A stretch of DNA of 40,756 nt from a virus. Shown one piece after another: positions 13,932 to 20,717 of this stretch (the stretch's first letter is position 1; each line of letters opens with the position of its first letter). The notes under the pieces were generated by a model, which searched no databases, was not told the origin of the DNA, and saw only the letters and a list, made by a program, of their open reading frames with translations. A program made the translations under genes and the position numbers. Location of the stretch: IMG/VR virus record IMGVR_UViG_3300029868_000025. One strand, written 5' to 3'.

Positions 13932-14627
13932 GTGAATCTATCAGGACACGCACGAGAAGCATTAGAACGAGCCTATACATATGGGCATACATCGTTTGAA
14001 TCAGAAGCGTACACCAAAGGCGACAATGATATTGTTAGTGCTAGTAAGCGAGGCAGGATAATCCGCAACGCTGATGGCTCAATAGTCGTGCCTGATTTCG
14101 CCATGTGTACAGCATCCGAGACACGCAGAAGCCGAAGCGGCACCACCAACACAATCTGCACAGCCATCGAGGTAGGCAACCTATTAGCCGCGGCGGAATC
14201 AAAAAAACCGGCGTTGCACGTTGTATGGCTTAGGGCTGCTTATCACCCAATGGACAATAGCGGGGCGCGTGAAGCGTTTAAAGCGATCTTATTTGATGAG
14301 TGGAAGAATAAGCGAGCCAAGACACCTAGTAGAAAATTAGCCGGTCAAGTGGCGTCAATGCTAGATGATGCGTTTGATTGGGTTGGTTACTTTCTCCGGA
14401 CTGATAGCGAACTGTTCACGCCTAAAGACTTGTGCGCGAAAATGGCGGGTAATCCATATTATGGGCGCCTATGGAATGAATGCCCTAAAGCAATGAATTA
14501 TCAACGCGACATTAAGCCCGAATTGTTAGCGATGTTAAATATTTGCGCCGATATTGATAGAAAAGCGTTGCAGCCTGTATGGGATGTTTTGAGTAAATTG
14601 AAAGGTAATTTAAAAGAGTGCGCATAA
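13932..14627 (+). CDS. Hypothetical protein in the late-regulator (Q-like) position (231 aa, GTG start)
   Basis: Last gene before the late promoter/terminator pair and lysis genes. The function call is positional only. Confidence 0.55.
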   Translation: MNLSGHAREALERAYTYGHTSFESEAYTKGDNDIVSASKRGRIIRNADGSIVVPDFAMCTASETRRSRSGTTNTICTAIEVGNLLAAAESKKPALHVVWLRAAYHPMDNSGAREAFKAILFDEWKNKRAKTPSRKLAGQVASMLDDAFDWVGYFLRTDSELFTPKDLCAKMAGNPYYGRLWNECPKAMNYQRDIKPELLAMLNICADIDRKALQPVWDVLSKLKGNLKECA

Positions 14628-14631
14628 GGTG

Positions 14632-14671
14632 TTGACAAAATGACTCCCAAAAGGCATCATTTTGATATGTT
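14632..14671 (+). promoter_or_regulatory. Putative late promoter (PR'-like)
   Basis: TTGACA 14632..14637, 18-nt spacer, ATCATT 14656..14661, then the -10-like TGATATGTT at 14663..14671. Confidence 0.45.
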
Positions 14672-14704
14672 GGGATTTCTGCCTAACATCCAAAGTTTTT
14701 AAAG

Positions 14705-14743
14705 AAAGCCCCTTCATTGCGCACAGCTAAAGGGGCTTTTTTT
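14705..14743 (+). terminator. Strong rho-independent terminator (tR'-like)
   Basis: AAAGCCCCTT-loop-AAGGGGCTTT followed by a T-run, ~60 nt upstream of the endolysin gene. Confidence 0.85.
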
Positions 14744-14802
14744 ATGCCTTAATTTTCCCTCTCGATATAAATAACCAATAGCCAAGCTAAGGGTGCTTTT
14801 GT

Positions 14803-15177
14803 ATGCGCGAATACTTTACAGAATCAGAATTAGCCTGTCCTTGTTGCGGAATCAATAAAGTTAAACCGAGTTTTAGACGCCGATTAAATCAGTTGCGTCA
14901 TGCATTAGGTTTTCCATTGATACCGTCTAGCGCTTTTCGATGTAGACAGCATAACGAAGATGTTGGCGGAGGCGTTGATAGCGCCCATTTAGCGGGTAGA
15001 GGGATTGATTTTCCGATAGCAAGAGGGCGAGCTTTTAGAATGGTAGAAGAGGCCCAGAAGCTAGGCTTTACGGGTATCGGATTAAGGCAGAAAGGCGACA
15101 CAGACGAGCGGTTTATTCATCTTGACGATTTGTTGAATGAGCCACACCGACCACGACCCACTATTTGGACGTACTAA
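14803..15177 (+). CDS. Endolysin, peptidase M15 family (D-Ala-D-Ala carboxypeptidase-like fold)
   Basis: SAFRCRQHN, VDSAHLAGRGIDF and FIHLD zinc-ligand motifs (H, D, H). Confidence 0.85.
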   Translation: MREYFTESELACPCCGINKVKPSFRRRLNQLRHALGFPLIPSSAFRCRQHNEDVGGGVDSAHLAGRGIDFPIARGRAFRMVEEAQKLGFTGIGLRQKGDTDERFIHLDDLLNEPHRPRPTIWTY

Positions 15178-15178
15178 C

Positions 15179-15403
15179 ATGAATCCTTTATTAGCATTAG
15201 TAGGCCCAATAATTACCGGCTTAATGTCACTAAAAAGCGACCCTAAAGCCTTTGTTAAAGAAGTCAAAGAAACCCCAAAATCTACCATTACAGGCTTAGC
15301 CGGTATAGGTGCAACGATAGTATTAGCGCAAACACAAGAGGAAGCGATTCTAGCCATTATTGTCGGCTTATTGTCGCTTGCTTCGATCCTCTATAAAAAA
15401 TAA
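15179..15403 (+). CDS. Holin-like membrane protein (74 aa)
   Basis: MNPLLALVGPIITGLMSL and AILAIIVGLLSLASILYKK hydrophobic segments. Immediately follows the endolysin gene. Confidence 0.6.
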   Translation: MNPLLALVGPIITGLMSLKSDPKAFVKEVKETPKSTITGLAGIGATIVLAQTQEEAILAIIVGLLSLASILYKK

Positions 15404-15538
15404 ATGATTTTCGTTTGGCGCGCATTGTTCGCCATTTTAACGCTATCAATGGTTTGTTTCTCTGTGCCGGTGGCGCTTAATGTCTATTTGATATTTAAAG
15501 TAAGTAAATATTTATCAGAGGCCGAGCATGACAATTAA
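15404..15538 (+). CDS. Small membrane protein (44 aa)
   Basis: Hand translation MIFVWRALFAILTLSMVCFSVPVALNVYLIFKVSKYLSEAEHDN. ATG directly follows the upstream stop. Confidence 0.4.
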   Translation: MIFVWRALFAILTLSMVCFSVPVALNVYLIFKVSKYLSEAEHDN

Positions 15539-15785
15539 TCAGGATGATTTAGATAAATTTGCAGCGGCAATAGTTGGGCAAATTAACGCAAAAGCAGAGA
15601 AAGACGATAGCAGCCACAACGATGATCATAGTTTCATAGCCCTATTGCGCGAACGAGAAGAGCGTAAAAAGGCTATTTATGACAAAGTTTTTCAATCTGC
15701 AATCGGTTTATTTGTTATTGGCGGATTAAGCGCGATTGGTAAGTTAGTACTATTTTGGATAGAGAGCGTTGCAGGCGGTAAGTAA
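15528..15785 (+). CDS. Lysis-cassette protein with C-terminal TM segment (85 aa)
   Basis: ORF; SAIGLFVIGGLSAIGKLVLFWI hydrophobic segment. Confidence 0.55.
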   Translation: MTINQDDLDKFAAAIVGQINAKAEKDDSSHNDDHSFIALLREREERKKAIYDKVFQSAIGLFVIGGLSAIGKLVLFWIESVAGGK

Positions 15786-16063
15786 TGGTTCAAGCGGTAA
15801 AAAACATGATTTCCTTAGTTTGGCGCTACTTATTCGAGATTCTTATTTGGATAGATCAAGGCGCTAATGTAATTTTTTACCCATTGCTTAATATCGTATT
15901 TCACCCTGCTAAATTTGGCAGTGCTGATGAAACGCTATCAAGCGTGTTTGGCAAGTATAGCGATCAATGTATCTGGTGTTATCGAGTGTGCATTGTGCTT
16001 GATTTTGTTTTGGGTAAAAAGCACTGCAAAAAATCAATTGAAGAAGACGAGAGTGGGTTATAG
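15785..16063 (+). CDS. Hypothetical protein (92 aa)
   Basis: ORF with ATGA-type coupling. Motifs IDQGANV...SADETLSS...HCKKSIEEDE. Confidence 0.55.
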   Translation: MVQAVKNMISLVWRYLFEILIWIDQGANVIFYPLLNIVFHPAKFGSADETLSSVFGKYSDQCIWCYRVCIVLDFVLGKKHCKKSIEEDESGL

Positions 16064-16915
16064 ATGAGTGTCGGCGATAGAATTTATGAAACCACAAGCA
16101 CGACCGGCACGGGCGACCTAACGCTAGATGGCGCGGTTACAGATTTTAACCCATTTAGCGATCAGTTCCAGATAGACCAGACGGCACATTATTACATTCG
16201 AAGTGACGCTGGCTGGGAAAAAGGTATCGGGCATTTATCCGACGCGACAACTTTTGTCCGCGACTTTGTTTTTAGTAATTCGTTAGGAACAGCGGTTAAA
16301 ATTAGCCTTACCGGAACGAGTAACGTTTTTAATGAGGGCTCTGTTTCCGCTCCTTACGGCGGTGATTACTTCGAGCGCATGGAGACAAATAACCTTTTCC
16401 GTAGTGCTCATGTAACGTCTTGCATTTTGGGTGAAAAAACCGTGGAGGCGGATAAAGCTTATTTTATGCCTTACTTGCATGCATACGAGGGGAAGTCTGA
16501 CGCTTTAGCTTGTATCGTTAAAACTGTGGCGGGCACCTCATCCAACTATATCCATCTTGCTTTGTATGACCGAAACAAAGAGGGTATGCCTGGGAAAAGG
16601 CTATTGAGTGTTACTGACTTAGACCCGTCAACTCAAGGAATACAGCTCGGTACTTTTTCCCCGCAAAATATCCCTCTGGGGTGGTATTGGGTAGCGTTTT
16701 TGTCTGACGTTGCGGTAAAGCTTATTTGCAAATCGTATGTGAATACTTTGGATGACGGCTTAGGACTTGATGAGCTGTATGGCACGCAAGATAATGAACT
16801 ATTGATACCATTCTACAGCTCTAAAACTGAACTCCCCGACCCTGCGACACTAGCCTGGCTTGACGGTAAAAAAACAAACGCTCCAGATGTTTACATACGA
16901 GGCATAAAATCATGA
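16064..16915 (+). CDS. Tail-fibre-like protein (283 aa)
   Basis: N-terminal TSTTGTGDLTLDGAV motif is common in phage fibre proteins. It is followed by an assembly-factor-like gene. Confidence 0.6.
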   Translation: MSVGDRIYETTSTTGTGDLTLDGAVTDFNPFSDQFQIDQTAHYYIRSDAGWEKGIGHLSDATTFVRDFVFSNSLGTAVKISLTGTSNVFNEGSVSAPYGGDYFERMETNNLFRSAHVTSCILGEKTVEADKAYFMPYLHAYEGKSDALACIVKTVAGTSSNYIHLALYDRNKEGMPGKRLLSVTDLDPSTQGIQLGTFSPQNIPLGWYWVAFLSDVAVKLICKSYVNTLDDGLGLDELYGTQDNELLIPFYSSKTELPDPATLAWLDGKKTNAPDVYIRGIKS

Positions 16916-17433
16916 TAAACCATCAGCCTCATAAAAAGTATCTATCAGCAGCGTTAGAGGGTGCCGGCTACGGCGCGTACAGCGAGAACCGAAACGTTAT
17001 CTTTCGCCGTAAGGACGGTGTAGCTTTAACCTCCGCCGACGAACTGGCAATCGAAACGCTACTAAACGACTATGACTACGTAGCTGTATTGCGTGCAGAA
17101 GCTAAAGCCCGTCACGTAGAGCAATCACAAGCGTATGTGCAAGCTATAGAAGACCAATACCCTGAGTTTGAAAAGCGAACCTGGCCAGATCAAAAAATAG
17201 ATGTTCTCGCCTTTCGTGCCAATCCTAATGCATCAACGCCAACGCTAGACGACATAGCGGCCTATAGAGGCGTAGAGAGGTTGGTAATCATAGAGGCAGC
17301 AGACGCTAAGGTTTCTTCAATGCACGCTATAGCCACAAAGCTTTCTGGTCATCGCCAAAAGCTAGAAGATGAAATTGACGCGAGCACAGAAGAGGCGTTT
17401 TTAGAGACTGTGGAATTCACCCCGCCGGAGTAA
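16912..17433 (+). CDS. DUF4376-like protein (tail-fibre assembly/accessory type)
   Basis: EKRTWPDQKIDVLAFRAN...TPTLDDIAAYRG...KLSGHRQKLEDEIDAS pattern. Family recalled from memory. Confidence 0.55.
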   Translation: MINHQPHKKYLSAALEGAGYGAYSENRNVIFRRKDGVALTSADELAIETLLNDYDYVAVLRAEAKARHVEQSQAYVQAIEDQYPEFEKRTWPDQKIDVLAFRANPNASTPTLDDIAAYRGVERLVIIEAADAKVSSMHAIATKLSGHRQKLEDEIDASTEEAFLETVEFTPPE

Positions 17434-17439
17434 TTTTGA

Positions 17440-18543
17440 ATGGGAGGTTTTAACCCAAAAGGTTATACGGCTAGAGGTGATATAAGCGCCCCTTGGGATG
17501 CTCCGAGTGGTGGCGGTACTACAGAGTTAGTAATAGCCAATTCAGCGCATAGCCTAAGCTCAGATAACCTTGCATTAACACAGTCGCACACAATAGCGAT
17601 TAACAGCGCAGCACACGCACTAACTAGCGACTCATTAACACTAACGCAGAATTACACGCTAAGCGTACAAGATGCAAGTCACGCGCTTACAAGTGACCTG
17701 GCAGCCTTACTACAAAATCATGTAATAACGGCCAACAATTCACAGCATGCCCATTTAGCTGATTCTGTAACGTTAACGCAAAACCACGTTTTAACGGTTG
17801 CCAATTCAGCGCACAGCACAATAAGCGATAACGTAACGCTTTCGGTTGCTGGATCGCTTGCAATACAAGGCGCAACGCACAGCCTAAGCTCTGATAATTT
17901 AGCATTAGCTCAATTCGTTACACTGGCAATTGATAGCGCAGCGCATGGACATAGCGCCGATAACCTAGCATTAGCTCAGTTTTCAACGTTATCGATTAAC
18001 GATGTAGCGCATAGTCTATCAAGTGACAATTTAGCGTTATCTCAGCACTCAGAATTAAGCATAAGCTCAAGCACTCACAATCACAGTGCAGAGAATGTAG
18101 TTTTAGCTGTCGCCGGTACGTTACCGATACACAGTGCAGCACATAGCGTTAGTTCGGATAATTTAACGTTAGAGCAGAAACACAATATAAGCGTTAATGA
18201 CGCTACGCATAGCCACACAGCAACCAATGTCAGTTTATCGGTTGATGTAGAGCTAAGCATTAATTCATGCTCTCACGCTCACACGGCGACAACACCGACA
18301 TTATCACAGTATTACACGCTAGCTATTCAAGACGCAGCAAGCGCACTTAGTAGCGATAATTTAGCGTTAACTCAATTACACCTAATCGAAGTATTCGACG
18401 CTCAGCATTCACTAGGTAGTAGTTCGCCTTTCTTGTATGAAGGTGAATTAGAGGTGAGCGCGCCATTTAATAGAGTGATGGCGATTGAGGCAGAGCGCAG
18501 AGTTTTAACGATTGAATCAGAAAATAGAATCTTAACTTTCTAA
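17440..18543 (+). CDS. Repeat-containing fibre-like protein (367 aa)
   Basis: 14 tandem 22-aa repeats with consensus L.I..AAHSLSSDNLAL.Q... Confidence 0.7.
   Translation: MGGFNPKGYTARGDISAPWDAPSGGGTTELVIANSAHSLSSDNLALTQSHTIAINSAAHALTSDSLTLTQNYTLSVQDASHALTSDLAALLQNHVITANNSQHAHLADSVTLTQNHVLTVANSAHSTISDNVTLSVAGSLAIQGATHSLSSDNLALAQFVTLAIDSAAHGHSADNLALAQFSTLSINDVAHSLSSDNLALSQHSELSISSSTHNHSAENVVLAVAGTLPIHSAAHSVSSDNLTLEQKHNISVNDATHSHTATNVSLSVDVELSINSCSHAHTATTPTLSQYYTLAIQDAASALSSDNLALTQLHLIEVFDAQHSLGSSSPFLYEGELEVSAPFNRVMAIEAERRVLTIESENRILTF
17527..18450 (+). repeat. 14 x 66-bp in-frame tandem coding repeats
   Basis: Repeat units parsed from the translation (aa 30-337). An invariant His sits at repeat position 8 in 13 of 14 units. 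Confidence 0.9.
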
Positions 18544-18553
18544 GGAAATAGCA

Positions 18554-18916
18554 ATGAGTAAAGTCTCTCCCAACATTATGCTAGATGGCGCGCTTGCTAT
18601 CGTGGCAGGCGGTAATATTCAGTATGCCTGTAGTTCAGAGCCAGCAGATAGAGCGGCGGCAATTGCGGCGGCTTTGGCTGATGTGGCCATGGTAGGCGGT
18701 AATTTTGTAATAGCTGATGGTGATACTTCGGGGCGCAAATTAACTGTTGCAGAAAAGACCGGCGTAACTGTTGATGCTGACGGTACAGCTAATCACATTG
18801 CCGTTTGTGATGGTACAGACCTTTTGTATGTCACGACCTGTACTAGCCAAGCGTTAACGAGCGGTAATACCATGACATTCCCAAGCTGGAAAATTGAGTT
18901 GGCTGACCCGTCTTAA
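18554..18916 (+). CDS. Hypothetical structural-module protein (120 aa)
   Basis: ORF with an AAGGAAA RBS. Confidence 0.6.
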   Translation: MSKVSPNIMLDGALAIVAGGNIQYACSSEPADRAAAIAAALADVAMVGGNFVIADGDTSGRKLTVAEKTGVTVDADGTANHIAVCDGTDLLYVTTCTSQALTSGNTMTFPSWKIELADPS

Positions 18917-18917
18917 T

Positions 18918-19262
18918 ATGACTACACCTATCCTCGTAATAGGCGACACGTTTAAGCGTGCTGCTACCCTGAAGTCTGGTGATCCTAGTGGCGCTTATGA
19001 TGTTAGCGCGGCTAGTGCTATCTATGCTGCAATCGTTAGCGCAGATCACACCGAGCGTTTGTGTTCGCCTGTTGCGCTAAGTGATAGCGATGACGGCTCA
19101 AGTTGGGCGGCTGGGGTTATTGTTATTAGCATCCCCAAGGCCACTACCGCAGAGATTACCAGCCCGATACTATTAACGGCAAAGATAGAGATTCAGGTAA
19201 CAATAGCGGGGGAGGATTATACGTGGTTCGGTGCGGTTAAGTTGGTGCCCGGGCATATCTGA
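18918..19262 (+). CDS. Hypothetical structural-module protein (114 aa)
   Basis: ATG 18918 lies 1 nt after the upstream stop. The ORF track extends to 18894. Confidence 0.6.
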   Translation: MTTPILVIGDTFKRAATLKSGDPSGAYDVSAASAIYAAIVSADHTERLCSPVALSDSDDGSSWAAGVIVISIPKATTAEITSPILLTAKIEIQVTIAGEDYTWFGAVKLVPGHI

Positions 19263-19993
19263 TGGAATTCTTTCCTATTCAGCATGATATCGATGAGCTG
19301 GCCAAAGACCTCACCAATCTAGAAAAAAACCAGATACCTTTCGCAACAGCTTTGGCACTAACAAGAACAGCGCAGGCCGTACAGAAAGAAGAAGTAGAAG
19401 AAATCAAAAAGGTGTTTGATCGCCCCACACGATTCACCAAGAACGCTGTATACGTCAAGCCAGCAAGAAAGGATAGGTTGCAAGCTAAGGTATGGCTGAT
19501 TGATTGGGCGGTTAAGACGAAGAACCCAGCAGACAAATACTTGGCCCCTCAGATTGAAGGCGGCGAGCGTAGGCAGAAAGGCTTTGAGGTGTTGATGCAA
19601 GCACGCGGCCTATTACCTCGGGGATATCAAGCCATACCAGGTAAGCGAGCGCGCATAGATAGATACGGCAACATGAGCAAGGGTCAAATCAATCAGATTC
19701 TTTCCTTCTCAAACGCTCAGCGTGATCGATACCAAAACACTAAGGTAGGCAAGCGAGGCACTAAGGCGCGATTCATACAGCTCGATGCTAAAGACGGTAA
19801 GCCAGGCGGTATATGGGCGGTTAATAGAGGTAATGGCGGCATCTTTCCGGTAATGATCTTTGTTAAGCGTACCCGATACAAGAAGCGTTACGACTTCCAC
19901 GGCGTGGCTAAGAAGGAGTTCGAGGGTCAATGGGAATATCAATTAGACCAAGCATTCAAGAAGGCATTAGCAACACAGAAGCGCCGCAAGTAG
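19262..19993 (+). CDS. Hypothetical basic protein (243 aa)
   Basis: ORF with TGATG coupling; Lys/Arg-rich. Confidence 0.6.
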   Translation: MEFFPIQHDIDELAKDLTNLEKNQIPFATALALTRTAQAVQKEEVEEIKKVFDRPTRFTKNAVYVKPARKDRLQAKVWLIDWAVKTKNPADKYLAPQIEGGERRQKGFEVLMQARGLLPRGYQAIPGKRARIDRYGNMSKGQINQILSFSNAQRDRYQNTKVGKRGTKARFIQLDAKDGKPGGIWAVNRGNGGIFPVMIFVKRTRYKKRYDFHGVAKKEFEGQWEYQLDQAFKKALATQKRRK

Positions 19994-20099
19994 TGAGGGA
20001 TTGATCATTTATACATCTAATCAGCATAAATTGTACAGTTTGTGGTCATTATGTCGGGTTTCTGTACGTATAGTGCTCAGATTGATCATAAAAGGTACT

Positions 20100-20190
20100 C
20101 CGGCGGCTACAGCCCAATAAGGGTAATTCGAACCTCGTGCTTTCTTTATATACGACCCAAGTCAAAACCCGTTTCCGGTTCCTCTTCTCG
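20100..20190 (+). other. Putative cos region (cosN-like GC core and cosB R-like element)
   Basis: CCGGCGGCTACAG (20100..20112) resembles lambda cosN GGGCGGCGACCT. CGTTTCCGGTTCCTCTTCTCG (20170..20190) resembles lambda cosB R3 CGTTTCCGTTCTTCTTCG. Lies directly upstream of the Nu1-like terS. Confidence 0.45.
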
Positions 20191-20201
20191 GTAAAAGCAA
20201 A

Positions 20202-20717
20202 ATGGCAAAACAAAAAGAAATTGCCAGTCACCTAGATATCTCAGATAGGCAAGTTAGGAATCTTCTCTCTAGCTCAGTGTTACCAGGGTCTAAAGGTGCT
20301 GGCGGGTTAGACGTTGACGCATGCCGAATGGCTTACATTAGCTACTTACGCAACCAGGCAAAGCATGGCTCCAGTAATGCGGAAGCGCCCCCAGGCTCAA
20401 TCGACCTGGAAGACGAGCGCGCAGGATTGGTAAAAGCTCAGCGAATCTCCCAAGAATTAAAAAACGACATCCTTGAAGGCCGGAGCATTCCGGTAGAAAT
20501 CGCACAAGAAGTTCTAGCAAAAATATTAATCCAAGTCAGCGGAATATTAACCGCGCTCCCCTTGAATCTAAAGCGCAAACACCCCGAGCTAGATAAGCGG
20601 GTGATCGATTCTATTCAATCGGAAATGATCAAACACCAAAACGAGGCCGCGAAGCTTGATGAGTATATAGATCAAGCCATAGATGATGTTATCGAGCAAT
20701 CAGAGGGTAAAATTTAA
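20202..20717 (+). CDS. Terminase small subunit (Nu1-like)
   Basis: N-terminal HTH KEIASHLDISDRQVRNLL. Precedes and overlaps the gpA-like terL. Confidence 0.8.
   Translation: MAKQKEIASHLDISDRQVRNLLSSSVLPGSKGAGGLDVDACRMAYISYLRNQAKHGSSNAEAPPGSIDLEDERAGLVKAQRISQELKNDILEGRSIPVEIAQEVLAKILIQVSGILTALPLNLKRKHPELDKRVIDSIQSEMIKHQNEAAKLDEYIDQAIDDVIEQSEGKI

Noticed and set aside
15137-15403. Dual-start holin/antiholin using ATG 15137
   Set aside because: The upstream ATG lies 14 codons inside the endolysin 3' end without an RBS. ATG 15179, right after the endolysin stop, is the simpler start.
17440-18543. Diversity-generating retroelement or CRISPR-like explanation for the repeats
   Set aside because: No reverse transcriptase, template repeat or spacer-like unique segments exist anywhere in the window. 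The repeats are in-frame coding units.
20049-20231. 60-aa minus-strand ORF, and a GGTTCGAAT T-loop-like motif (minus strand, ~20125..20137)
   Set aside because: The ORF lies in the cos-like gap, overlaps the terS start and lacks an RBS. The T-loop-like motif has no matching T-stem or acceptor, so it is not a tRNA.
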